Of a DNA stretch of 64,000 nucleotides, positions 9,895 through 19,436 are shown piece by piece. The first letter of the stretch is position 1, and every line of letters starts with the position of its first letter. The notes beneath the pieces were generated by a model. The model was not told the origin of the DNA. It saw only the letters and a list, made by a program, of their open reading frames with translations, and ran no database searches. The stretch covers positions 1,312 through 65,311 of the forward strand of contig JAFWKJ010000018.1 of assembly GCA_017511375.1 (NCBI GenBank). The letters are read 5' to 3'. A program made the position numbers and the translations under genes. Origin of the DNA: Bacilli bacterium (GTDB taxonomy: Bacteria > Bacillota_I > Bacilli_A > RF39 > UBA660).

Positions 9895-10488
9895 GTGAAA
9901 GGAAAAGTTGAACTAATTTTAAAGAGTATAGGGGCTGCGTTTTTAATATCTTTAGGAAATTTTGCTTTGTTGAAGCTGGGAAGTCCTATTGGACCTGTCA
10001 TTTTTGCTTTTGGATTATTGGGGGTATGTTATTTAGGACAAAATTTATTTACTGGAAAGTGTGGATTTTTTATAGAAGATAAAATTCCGGCTTTAGATTT
10101 ATTGATTATTTTGGTTGTAAATCTAGTATCTGGTTATTTGTTTGGATTGTTATATCGCGTTGCGGATATGAGTGTAATCCCTGCTGCGATGGAGAAAGTT
10201 GCTTCTTGGGAGTTTTCATTACCATTTTTCCTAAAGGCTTTCCTTTGTGGAACGATTATGTATATTGCGGTTAAAATGTATAGAGAAAAGACACCATTAG
10301 GTATTTTGTTTGGAATCCCATTGTTTATTTTCTGTGGATTTCAACACTGTATTGCGAATGTTGTTACTTTAGGAGTTGTGAAGACAATGGATTGGTCTTT
10401 GTTACTGGCTGTTCTTGGTAACTTTGTTGGATCTTTGTTTTTCTGGTATATTTCTAGAACTACTATTTTTCCAAAAAAGACTAAATAA
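9895..10488 (+). CDS. Formate/nitrite transporter family protein (short form)
   Basis: F..GL, LFTG, FIFCGFQHCIAN and GNFVG motifs. Confidence 0.88.
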   Translation: MKGKVELILKSIGAAFLISLGNFALLKLGSPIGPVIFAFGLLGVCYLGQNLFTGKCGFFIEDKIPALDLLIILVVNLVSGYLFGLLYRVADMSVIPAAMEKVASWEFSLPFFLKAFLCGTIMYIAVKMYREKTPLGILFGIPLFIFCGFQHCIANVVTLGVVKTMDWSLLLAVLGNFVGSLFFWYISRTTIFPKKTK

Positions 10489-10576
10489 GATAATGTAAAG
10501 TCCCGACAAATGGGGCTTTTTTTATTGGAGTTTCCTTTTTTTAATATTATAATGTATTATATGAGGTGGATTGAAT

Positions 10577-11437
10577 ATGAGGAAAGATTTTGCTAGAAGA
10601 GTAAAAGACTTTAACGGAATGAATCAAATTATGATTGATTTAAAACCACAAAGATGTGTTAGTGATGTTTATATCAATATGAAAATGGATATGACAAAGC
10701 TAATGGAGTATTTGGAAGAAAAGAAAAAGAACGGAGAACATATTACTTTGTTTCATGCCATTGTAACAGGTATAGGAAAAATCTTTTATAATCGCCCTTA
10801 TCTTAACAGATTTGTGCAAGATAGACATATTTTCGAACATAAATATGTAGATATCTCTTTTGTTGCAAAAGTGGCTTTTAATGATAAAGCTGAAGAAATG
10901 ATGATTATTATTCGAGTAGATGAAAACGATAATCTTCAAACGATTAGTAAGAAGATCTATGATAAGGTTAATCGGGTAAGAGATAAAGATCAAAAAGTTG
11001 AGAAAAAGGGAGCTAATAGTATTATTGATGTTTTGGGACATCTTCCTAATATCATTCGTGTTCCTATTGTAGGGGTTTTAAAATGGATGGATAAGAAAGG
11101 TATTATGCCTGCTTCCATTGGAGAAGATAACTTATACTATAGTAGTATTATTGTTTCCAATTTAGGAACTCTAAAATCAAATGCTATCTTCCATAATATT
11201 ACTGATTTTGGTAATGCTAGTAGTTTGGCTACGATTGGAGAAGTAAAGGATGAAGAGGTTTTAATTGATGGTAAGAAAGAAATTCGTAAACGTTGTGAGT
11301 TTGGTATTAACTTAGATGAGCGTATCGCGGATGGATATTACTTCGTTAAATCTATTCAATTATTACAATATATCTTTGATCATCCTGAATTATTAGAAGA
11401 GGATGCTTGTAAAAAGATAGAAATGGAAGAGAAATAA
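10577..11437 (+). CDS. Stand-alone 2-oxoacid dehydrogenase E2/CAT-like acyltransferase domain protein
   Basis: P.LNR, SNLG and C-terminal DERIADG (DHRxxDG-like) motifs; no lipoyl domain. Confidence 0.8.
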   Translation: MRKDFARRVKDFNGMNQIMIDLKPQRCVSDVYINMKMDMTKLMEYLEEKKKNGEHITLFHAIVTGIGKIFYNRPYLNRFVQDRHIFEHKYVDISFVAKVAFNDKAEEMMIIIRVDENDNLQTISKKIYDKVNRVRDKDQKVEKKGANSIIDVLGHLPNIIRVPIVGVLKWMDKKGIMPASIGEDNLYYSSIIVSNLGTLKSNAIFHNITDFGNASSLATIGEVKDEEVLIDGKKEIRKRCEFGINLDERIADGYYFVKSIQLLQYIFDHPELLEEDACKKIEMEEK

Positions 11438-11438
11438 T

Positions 11439-11792
11439 ATGAAAGCCGTAAAAGCAGATGGACTTAAAATTGAAATGGTTGATATCGACTATGATTTTTT
11501 GAAAGAACAGTTAGATGTTTTTGTTAAGAAAGAGGAATTGTCTAAGGCAGATTCCCTTAGGAAATTGTTAGATAGTCTTGCCAAAGAAGAAAAAAAGGGA
11601 AAAAAGATTACACAAGATGTCATTGAAGAGTGTGTTAATAAGATACTAGATGATGATTTTGAACAAATGACAAAACTGAAGGATCAAGTAAAAGACTTAG
11701 ATCAGGAGAGACAGGTACTTAGTTTATATTCAAAGCGTGAAATGGATAATGATACGACGAGTACGATTGTTTCCATCATTAATAATTTATAG
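11439..11792 (+). CDS. Hypothetical helical protein
   Basis: 117 aa ORF tightly coupled to the upstream stop; followed by the terminator AAGCAGG-TTAAT-CCTGCTT plus T run. Confidence 0.6.
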   Translation: MKAVKADGLKIEMVDIDYDFLKEQLDVFVKKEELSKADSLRKLLDSLAKEEKKGKKITQDVIEECVNKILDDDFEQMTKLKDQVKDLDQERQVLSLYSKREMDNDTTSTIVSIINNL

Positions 11793-11828
11793 AGAAAAGC
11801 ATAAGCAGGTTAATCCTGCTTTTTTTGT

Positions 11829-11858
11829 GTATAAAAAAAGAATTTTTCTTTCATAATA
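11829..11858 (+). promoter_or_regulatory. SigmaG-like promoter
   Basis: GTATA-18 nt-CATAATA upstream of the spore gene pair. Confidence 0.6.
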
Positions 11859-11874
11859 CTTTTGGAGGGATATT

Positions 11875-12108
11875 ATGAATCAAATGATGTGTGTACCAGT
11901 TGATACAATTACTGGGAAAGATTTAGATTATTTAAGTGATATGTTTCAGTGGAATTATGTTGCTTTTAAAAAAGGGTGTAATGATGTGGAATATGTCAGT
12001 ATACCAGAAGTAGTTGATTTTTTTGGAAAAGCGACTGATTTCTTTGAACAAAACTTAAATACAATTCTAGATATATTAAATAATCCAGGAGGTGAAGATG
12101 ATGAGTAA
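11875..12108 (+). CDS. Small spore protein, partner of the Coat F gene
   Basis: IT.KDL.YL.DM..WN motif typical of the gene preceding Coat F-domain genes; GGAGG RBS. Confidence 0.7.
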   Translation: MNQMMCVPVDTITGKDLDYLSDMFQWNYVAFKKGCNDVEYVSIPEVVDFFGKATDFFEQNLNTILDILNNPGGEDDE

Positions 12109-12412
12109 GATTAAAAATGAAGCGACAGAAGTACAAAATGGAATTGAATTAAATGAAAAGGATTATTGTACTTGTTTATTATCTACCTTAAAGGAAATGG
12201 AGAAGAATTATGTAATTGCTATGACAGAGGCCAGTAATGAGTGGCTCTATCAAGAATATAAGGATATTTTCTTGAAGTTATCTGATTTGCAAAGAGAATT
12301 ATATAACATTATGTTTCAAAATGGATGGTATGTAATGGAATGCGTAGAATCCAAGAAAATTGAGGATAAATATACGATGTTAGAGAAAGATTATAGATCT
12401 TTGAGTGAGTAG
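12098..12412 (+). CDS. Coat F domain spore protein
   Basis: LNEKD...LL...K....Y..AMTEASN..L...QRELYNIMFQNGWY. Confidence 0.85.
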   Translation: MMSKIKNEATEVQNGIELNEKDYCTCLLSTLKEMEKNYVIAMTEASNEWLYQEYKDIFLKLSDLQRELYNIMFQNGWYVMECVESKKIEDKYTMLEKDYRSLSE

Positions 12413-12414
12413 TT

Positions 12415-12449
12415 TTGACATATTATTTAAATTGTGTTACTATAGTAAC
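12415..12449 (+). promoter_or_regulatory. SigmaA promoter overlapped by a perfect 14-bp palindrome
   Basis: TTGACA(12415)-17 nt-TACTAT(12438); GTTACTATAGTAAC at 12436-12449. Confidence 0.65.
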
Positions 12450-12470
12450 CCATCAGGGAGGATATTTTTT

Positions 12471-13481
12471 ATGAAAACTATTGATGGACCGTCGGTTCAG
12501 AAGGCATTTAGAGCTTTCTTATTGGTGGTGTTATCATTTCTAATGATAATCAGTTGTTGTGCATATCGTGATTATTCTACATACAAAAGTATCAATGTTG
12601 TGGTAAAAGAAACTGCAACGGTAGAGTATGGTAGTGCTAATTATGATATCAAAAAATTGATAAAAGAGGTTGATGGAGAAATAGTATCTGTAAAACAAGA
12701 TATAGATACTAGTACATTAGGTGCTCAAGAAGTCATCTTAGAAGTAAAAAAGGATAATATGGTAAAAGAAATACCTGTTGTTATCTCTGTTGTTGATTCT
12801 GTTGCACCAGTTATTTCTCTAAAGAATGAAAAGGTATCTATTACTGAAGGAGATTCTTATGATTTAAAAGAGAATATTGCATCTATTATGGATGAAATAG
12901 ATGGAGATTTAAGTTATGTAGAAAATGCTCCTGAAAACAGTTTGAAGTATTTTGAATTTAAATATGAAGGAGATATTAACAGTATTGGAGATCATGAAAT
13001 AACGGTTTCTGCTGTTGATAGTTCTGGGAATAAGACGATTCAAACATTTATTTTAGAGGTTGTGGAAAAACCAGCGTATTATCCAATATACTATGGGGCT
13101 CCTGCCAATCCTCAAGGAAATGATGTTGTATCGATTGCTTATTCTTTATTAGGAATGCCTTATATTTATAATTCAGCAGGTCCTTATGGATTTGATTGTA
13201 GTGGATTTGTTTCTTATGTATATTCTTGCGTAGGGAAATCTGTTAGTAGAGGAACTTATACCCAACAATATGAAGGAACAGGCGTTAGCTACTCTGAAAT
13301 ACAACCTGGTGATGTTATTTTATGGGGATATGCAGATGGACAACCAACCCATTCGGCTTTATATGTTGGGAATGGTCAGATGATTCATGCGGCTAATCCA
13401 GGAACTGGGGTCATTATAAGTGACGTTAATGGATGGTTATATGGTTCAGGAACACATATTTTAACTGTCAGAAGATTTTAA
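12471..13481 (+). CDS. NlpC/P60 (C40) cell-wall endopeptidase with Ig-like domains
   Basis: G.PY, FDCSGF, QPGD and H..LY.GNG.MIHA motifs; GGAGG RBS supports ATG 12471 rather than 12405. Confidence 0.92.
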   Translation: MKTIDGPSVQKAFRAFLLVVLSFLMIISCCAYRDYSTYKSINVVVKETATVEYGSANYDIKKLIKEVDGEIVSVKQDIDTSTLGAQEVILEVKKDNMVKEIPVVISVVDSVAPVISLKNEKVSITEGDSYDLKENIASIMDEIDGDLSYVENAPENSLKYFEFKYEGDINSIGDHEITVSAVDSSGNKTIQTFILEVVEKPAYYPIYYGAPANPQGNDVVSIAYSLLGMPYIYNSAGPYGFDCSGFVSYVYSCVGKSVSRGTYTQQYEGTGVSYSEIQPGDVILWGYADGQPTHSALYVGNGQMIHAANPGTGVIISDVNGWLYGSGTHILTVRRF

Positions 13482-13552
13482 GAGCAAAAAATTTGCTCTT
13501 TTTTTATGTATAAAAAATTTTTATATGGTTATCCTAATGGTAGGAGGTTAAT

Positions 13553-13759
13553 ATGGAAACTGTACAAAAAATATTATTAGGTATAACAATTATTGGGGCT
13601 ATTAATTGGGGACTTGTTGGTTTGTTTAACCTTGATTTAGTGGCACTTTTGTTTGGTACCATGTCCTTGCTTTCAAGAATTGTATATACATTAGTGGCTG
13701 TTTGTGGACTAGTTAATATTGGAATCTTATTAAGCCATTTAGAGTTTGAAAAAGACTAA
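13553..13759 (+). CDS. DUF378 (YuzA-like) small membrane protein
   Basis: IIGAINWGLVGLF..DLV..LFG...SRIVY motif; upstream GTATA-17 nt-TATCCTA sigmaG/F-like element at 13508-13536. Confidence 0.9.
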   Translation: METVQKILLGITIIGAINWGLVGLFNLDLVALLFGTMSLLSRIVYTLVAVCGLVNIGILLSHLEFEKD

Positions 13760-13817
13760 GGGTCTTTTTTTTTATATGGTTTTATGATAAGGTTATTATT
13801 GTCAGGGGATGAATTGT

Positions 13818-16061
13818 ATGCGTAATTATGTAGAGTTGGTTCTAAAGAAGGAAAAGAAGGCAATTTCTTATGATAAGATTGTTCGCCGTATTGAGATGTT
13901 AAGATCAGAAGAACTTCAAAAAGAAATTTCTTTAACAGAAGAAGAAAAAATGAACGTGTTGGATATTTTAGAAAAAGGTGTTTCTAATTTAGATATTTAT
14001 AAGACTCCACATTTTAACTATATATTGTTCTCAAAAACGTCGTTTCGAAAAGGACGTTTTTATGGTGATCGAACAGGAGGAGGAAAAGTTTCTGTAACGA
14101 CTACTTATGTGGATCGAGATGGAAAACTTGTTGTAAACGAGGAAAAGATAGATATTGCGAAGGATAAATCTAATGGGGCCATTGATGGGGATTTTGTTTT
14201 AATTGATACGTGTGGGCAACCACAGGTTTTACGTGTTTTAGATCGTAACTTGGAATTTGTACCGGGAGAAGTATATCATGTGGGAGGAACTTGTTTTGTA
14301 AAACCTGTGGATAAGAAAAAGCAGAGTATTATGATTACGATTCCGGGGGATTATATTGATGGGTATCGAGTGGCAGTTCAATTGAAGGAACAGACGGCAC
14401 CTAACTTTTATATTGCAGAGGTTGTAAAAGAATTTAATCACAAAGATGATCCGGATGAATCTATCTTGTGGGAAGCTTTTAAACATGGCGTTGATAATGA
14501 CTTTAGTCAAGAATCACTTGCTCAATTAGAATATATTCCAGGGGAACTTCGAGATGTGGATCGTATTGGAAGAGAGGATTTAACCGGTTGGGAAATCTTT
14601 ACAATTGATGGGGTAGATACAAAAGATATGGATGATGCGATTAGTTGTAGAATGAACAAAAAAGGAAATTATGAATTAGGGGTTCATATCACGGATATTG
14701 CATCGATTGTGCCTGAGAATTCTCCTTTAGATAAAGATGCTTTTAGAAAAGGAAATAGTTTTTATCTTGGTGGAACGGTACTTCCGATGTTTCCTCATAA
14801 AATATCAAATGGAATAGGATCTCTTAATCCGAATGTAGATCGTATGACGTTATCTTGTATTATGGAAATTAATCCTGAAGGGGAAATCGTTAATTACAGG
14901 ATTAGTCCTACGATTATTCGGTCTCGTTTAAAAATGACTTATGATAAAGTGAATCAAATCCTAAAAGAGGGAGTAGTTGATTCCGAGTATGAGCCTTATG
15001 AAGACACATTAATAAATATGAAAAAACTTAGTCTGATTTTGCGCAAGAAAAGACTTTTGGCAGGAGCAGCTGAATTTGATAGGCCTGAAATGATAGAAAT
15101 AAGAGATGATACACATAAAGTTGTTGGATTTGGTTTAAGAATTCAAGATGTTGGAGAAAACCTTATCGAAGAGTTTATGCTTGCGGCAAATAGAACGGTA
15201 GATAAAGACTTGTCTAAGAGAGGAATTCCTTTCTTACATAGAGTCCATGATTCTCCTAATGAAGAAAGAATTCAAGAGTTTTTAAATCTTTTGGATGCGA
15301 TTAATCTTCCTTTTACGGAATATTCTTCCGAGGAACTTGCTACCAATAAAATAGCTTATCAACATTTGTTGGAACATATTTCAAAGGGAGGTCGCTTGAA
15401 AGACTTATTAACGACACAAGCAATTCGATGCATGTCACGTGCTAAATATAGTCCGGAGAACTTAGGACACTATGGACTAGCCACGCCTTATTATTGCCAT
15501 TTTACTTCTCCTGTTAGAAGATATGCGGATTTAACAGATCAGCGTATTATTTGGGAATGCTTATTTAAGCGCCATAACCTTGAAAAGAGTTGTCAGAAAT
15601 GGGAGAAACAGTTACCTGAGATTGCAGAGCAGACTTCTCATCAAGAAAGGGTTTCTGATGATACAGAGCGCGATGTTCTTCGTATGTTATGTGCAGAGTA
15701 TATGCAAGATCATGTGGGGGAAGAGTTTGAGGCTACAGTAACTTGTGTTTCTTCTGAATGCTTAACGGTAGAACTTGAGAATATGATGGAGGGAACTGTA
15801 AGAACGCATGATTTGAAGGGATCCTATATTTATTGTCCAGAGAGTTATTCTTTAGTTTCTTTAGATGGTGAAGAAAATTATTTCTTAGGGGATCATTTAA
15901 AACTACGCTTAAAATATGCCGATAAGGAATCAAAACATATCGAATTTGAGATTGTTGAAAAGTTACATGAAACACAAGTGCAAAACTCTGATCGTATCAA
16001 TTATAATGCCAAAGTTAAAGCAAAAAGAGAGAATGCAAATAGAGCAATGAAGAGAAGATAG
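13818..16061 (+). CDS. Second ribonuclease R/II family exoribonuclease
   Basis: TIDGVDTKDMDDA and HFTSPVRRYAD motifs, S1 domain; divergent N-terminus. Track start is 13809. Confidence 0.92.
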   Translation: MRNYVELVLKKEKKAISYDKIVRRIEMLRSEELQKEISLTEEEKMNVLDILEKGVSNLDIYKTPHFNYILFSKTSFRKGRFYGDRTGGGKVSVTTTYVDRDGKLVVNEEKIDIAKDKSNGAIDGDFVLIDTCGQPQVLRVLDRNLEFVPGEVYHVGGTCFVKPVDKKKQSIMITIPGDYIDGYRVAVQLKEQTAPNFYIAEVVKEFNHKDDPDESILWEAFKHGVDNDFSQESLAQLEYIPGELRDVDRIGREDLTGWEIFTIDGVDTKDMDDAISCRMNKKGNYELGVHITDIASIVPENSPLDKDAFRKGNSFYLGGTVLPMFPHKISNGIGSLNPNVDRMTLSCIMEINPEGEIVNYRISPTIIRSRLKMTYDKVNQILKEGVVDSEYEPYEDTLINMKKLSLILRKKRLLAGAAEFDRPEMIEIRDDTHKVVGFGLRIQDVGENLIEEFMLAANRTVDKDLSKRGIPFLHRVHDSPNEERIQEFLNLLDAINLPFTEYSSEELATNKIAYQHLLEHISKGGRLKDLLTTQAIRCMSRAKYSPENLGHYGLATPYYCHFTSPVRRYADLTDQRIIWECLFKRHNLEKSCQKWEKQLPEIAEQTSHQERVSDDTERDVLRMLCAEYMQDHVGEEFEATVTCVSSECLTVELENMMEGTVRTHDLKGSYIYCPESYSLVSLDGEENYFLGDHLKLRLKYADKESKHIEFEIVEKLHETQVQNSDRINYNAKVKAKRENANRAMKRR

Positions 16062-16146
16062 TTGCTCTTTTTTTCTTTGTTTGAGGTTGATAAATACTTT
16101 CAAAAATGGTATCATATGTATAGGATTGTTATGAGGAGATGACGAG

Positions 16147-16983
16147 ATGTATATTACATGGAATGATGTTTTAACAATACTAAGAAAAATTGCAGATATT
16201 ACATTAGTATGGTTAATTTTTTATTTTATACTTAAAAATATTAAGAACAATGTTAAATTGTCTTTAATCTTTAAAGGACTTATTTTTATCATTATTTTAA
16301 AAGCTGTTAGTGAACTATTTGGATTTATTACGGTTGGTTATCTATTGGATTATATTATTCAATGGGGACCTATTGCTTTGATTGTCATATTCCAACCAGA
16401 AATTCGTACGATTCTTGAGCAGTTGGGTAGAAATCAATTGCTTGGTCGACATAAAGTTTTAACGGTTGATGAGCGTGAACATTTAGTATATGAAATGGTA
16501 AATGCTATTGATTATTTGAGAAAAGAAAGAATTGGGGCTTTAATCGTTGTTGAAAGAGATGTTAGTTTAGGAAACTATATTGATAAAGCGAAGAAACTAT
16601 ATGCGGATTTATCTAGTGATTTATTAATTGCTATTTTCTATGAAGGTAATCCACTACATGATGGTGGTGTTATCATCCAAGGAGATAGAATTACTTGTGC
16701 AGGAGCTGTATTCCCTACTAGTAGTAGTCCTAAATTAAATAGACGTTTGGGTACTAGACATAGAGCAGCCCTTGGTTTAGCAGAGGAAACAGATGCTATT
16801 TGTATTGTTGTTTCAGAAGAAACGGGTAGAGTTTCTATTGCTTTGAATGGAGAAATGTTATACAACTTAACTTTAGATGATGTTCGTATGATGTTAATTG
16901 ATGAATTGAGACCTAAACAAGATGTTGAATATGATGAAGATGAAGATGTAAATGAGGAAGAGATTTATGAAGAGAGTAAATAG
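16147..16983 (+). CDS. cdaA: Diadenylate cyclase CdaA
   Basis: Three N-terminal TMs; FQPEIR..LEQLGR, PLHDGG, LGTRHRAA and VSEETG motifs. Confidence 0.96.
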   Translation: MYITWNDVLTILRKIADITLVWLIFYFILKNIKNNVKLSLIFKGLIFIIILKAVSELFGFITVGYLLDYIIQWGPIALIVIFQPEIRTILEQLGRNQLLGRHKVLTVDEREHLVYEMVNAIDYLRKERIGALIVVERDVSLGNYIDKAKKLYADLSSDLLIAIFYEGNPLHDGGVIIQGDRITCAGAVFPTSSSPKLNRRLGTRHRAALGLAEETDAICIVVSEETGRVSIALNGEMLYNLTLDDVRMMLIDELRPKQDVEYDEDEDVNEEEIYEESK

Positions 16984-18325
16984 ATTTTGGGGAAAATTAT
17001 TTCGCCGTATTGGTGTGTTCTTTGATAAATTCATCATTAGTCCTATAACCCGTATTATTTTAAAAATAATGGAATTATCAAAATCTCTTGCGAAAGGGAT
17101 TGACCGTTTAGCAGGAAAGAAGTCTACTTTATTGATTATTAGTTTAGTGCTTGCTTTCTTGGTATTCTTATTTATTGATAATGAATCCAATGTGATGATT
17201 GATCAGTATGCTGAAATCTTATATGATCAAACTGTTACGGTTGTTTATGATGAAGAACGTTATGTTGTTGAAGGGCTTCCTGAAAAAGTAGATGTTACTT
17301 TAATTGGACAAAGAAGACATATCTTTTTAGCAAGACAATCTCCTTCTAAGGGAGTTACTGTGGATTTAACAGGTTTAAAACCTGGAACGCATAAGGTTAC
17401 TTTAAAATATAATCAAAGATTGAAATCTTTAGATTATAAACTAGATCCTTCTACGGTTAACGTAACGATTTATGAGAAGGAAAGTGAGAGTCGCGGACTT
17501 TCTTATGACATTTTAAATTTAAATAAATTGGATACAAAACTTTATATTAGTAATGTAGAACTTGATCGACCTGAGATTTATATTAAAGGTGCTAGATACA
17601 AGTTAGACAAGGTTGCTTCTGTTAAAGCTATGTTGGATGTAAATAATATTCCAAATCCAAAAGCGGGAGAGATTAATGTAAAAGATATTCCATTAGTAGC
17701 TTATGATACAGATGGTCATATTGTAGATGTAGAAATTGTTCCTAAGGCTATTGAGGCCAACGTTACCATTACATCTCCAAGTAAAGAGATTCCAATTCGT
17801 GTCGTTCCTGTGGGAGATTTAGTATTTGGTAAATCTATTAAGTCAATTGATCCAAGTATTTCTAAAATAACGGTTTATGGAGAACAAGCTGCTATTGATG
17901 AGATTCAACAATTAGATGTAGAAATTGATGTTAATGGACTAGAGAAAGATAAAGATTATAGCGTTACGTTAAAGAAACCTAAAGGTATTACGGAATTAAG
18001 TTCTAAGACTTTGAATATCAAGGTAACGATAGATAATGCTACAACAAAAGAATTTAAGGATATTGCCGTTTCTTATCGTAATTTAGGTGATGGATTAGTT
18101 GTTCAAGCAAATAGTGAGAACGATCGAAAGGTAACAGTTGTTGTAAGTGGTAGTGAAGAGGCTTTGGAAAATATCAAAGATACGGATGTTACGGCTTATG
18201 TAGACTTAAAGAACTATAAAGTGGGTACACATGAAGTAGAAGTCACGGTTACAGGATCTGACTTAAAACTTGCTTATTCTTCTAAGACTAAAAAGGTCAA
18301 GATTGTAATTACGGAAAAGAAATAG
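16967..18325 (+). CDS. cdaR: CdaR (YbbR-repeat) regulator of diadenylate cyclase
   Basis: TM followed by repeated V.V.G...VDL..L..G.H.V units; overlaps the cdaA 3' end. Confidence 0.92.
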   Translation: MKRVNRFWGKLFRRIGVFFDKFIISPITRIILKIMELSKSLAKGIDRLAGKKSTLLIISLVLAFLVFLFIDNESNVMIDQYAEILYDQTVTVVYDEERYVVEGLPEKVDVTLIGQRRHIFLARQSPSKGVTVDLTGLKPGTHKVTLKYNQRLKSLDYKLDPSTVNVTIYEKESESRGLSYDILNLNKLDTKLYISNVELDRPEIYIKGARYKLDKVASVKAMLDVNNIPNPKAGEINVKDIPLVAYDTDGHIVDVEIVPKAIEANVTITSPSKEIPIRVVPVGDLVFGKSIKSIDPSISKITVYGEQAAIDEIQQLDVEIDVNGLEKDKDYSVTLKKPKGITELSSKTLNIKVTIDNATTKEFKDIAVSYRNLGDGLVVQANSENDRKVTVVVSGSEEALENIKDTDVTAYVDLKNYKVGTHEVEVTVTGSDLKLAYSSKTKKVKIVITEKK

Positions 18326-18347
18326 AGAGCTTAGCTCTCTTTTTTTG

Positions 18348-18375
18348 TCATATTTGTTTTGTTTTTTCATACTTT
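18348..18375 (+). promoter_or_regulatory. SigmaE-like promoter
   Basis: TCATATT-13 nt-CATACTTT upstream of ydcC, a sigmaE gene in B. subtilis. Confidence 0.55.
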
Positions 18376-18395
18376 TTATTAGATAGGAGATAATT

Positions 18396-19388
18396 ATGAA
18401 AAGAATCATTATTATGTGTATTATTTGTATTGTTTGTTTTACTGGTTGTGGCAAAATAAAAGGAAAGGACGTCGTGAAAGAGTTTCGTCAAAAGTATGAA
18501 AAAAGTAATGGTTATCAATTAAAAGGAAAATTTGATGTTACAAACAATGATGAGGTTTATGAATATGACCTTTCTGTTGATATGCAAAAAGATGGCTATT
18601 ATAAAGTGACTTTTGTGAATACAGCCAATCAGTTTCAACAGATTATTTTAAAAAATGATGAGGGTGTTTTCTTATTAACACCTTCCTTAAATAAGAGTTT
18701 TAAATTTCAAAGTGATTGGCCCTATAATAATTCGCAAATATATTTATTAGATGCTTTGATGCGTGATATGGAAGAAGATAAAAATCTACAGTTTAAGAAT
18801 CAAAAATCTTCTTATATGATTCAAACAAAGGTTAGTTATCCAAATAATCATAAATTAAAATATCAACAAATTTTCTTAAATAAAAATTATCAACTTAAAA
18901 AAGTAAATGTTTATGATGAAAATGATGTGGTATGTATGACTTTAGAGGTTGATTCGATTGATTATTCACCCAAATATTCAAAAGATTATTTTGAGTTAGA
19001 TTCTATCATTGATTCGGATCAGGAGATGGAGGAAGAGGCTACTGGTGTGATTGAGGATGTCATCTATCCCTTATTATTACCGGATGGTACGAAGTTAGTG
19101 AATGAAGAAAAGGTCTCTAAATCGAATGGAGAAAGGGTTATTATGACTTTTGAAGGAGAAAAATCTTTCTTGTTAGTGGAAGAGACGTTGGATGTTTTTC
19201 ATGATTTTATGGTGATTCCAAGTTCTGGGGAACCCTATCCATTAATGGACACCATAGGAGTAATGACAGATAATTCCCTATCTTGGTCGAGTGGAAATAT
19301 GGAATACTATCTTGTGAGTGAAGTTATGAGCCGAGAAGAACTTGTGGATGTTGCACAATCCATTGCTGGGGTTAGTTCCCTTAAATAA
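18396..19388 (+). CDS. ydcC: Sporulation lipoprotein YdcC (LolA-like/DUF4367)
   Basis: Lipobox FTGC; QIILKNDEGVFLLTPSLNKSFKFQSDWP.N.SQ.YL signature. Confidence 0.85.
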   Translation: MKRIIIMCIICIVCFTGCGKIKGKDVVKEFRQKYEKSNGYQLKGKFDVTNNDEVYEYDLSVDMQKDGYYKVTFVNTANQFQQIILKNDEGVFLLTPSLNKSFKFQSDWPYNNSQIYLLDALMRDMEEDKNLQFKNQKSSYMIQTKVSYPNNHKLKYQQIFLNKNYQLKKVNVYDENDVVCMTLEVDSIDYSPKYSKDYFELDSIIDSDQEMEEEATGVIEDVIYPLLLPDGTKLVNEEKVSKSNGERVIMTFEGEKSFLLVEETLDVFHDFMVIPSSGEPYPLMDTIGVMTDNSLSWSSGNMEYYLVSEVMSREELVDVAQSIAGVSSLK

Positions 19389-19436
19389 TAGACTTTCCTT
19401 TTCTTATTGTGATATAATGGTTTTTAGGTGAGGTTT

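Noticed and set aside
12405-12470. N-terminal extensions in the ORF track (also at 40380, 43206 and 63952)
   Set aside because: They run through promoters or upstream genes; downstream ATGs have proper RBSs.
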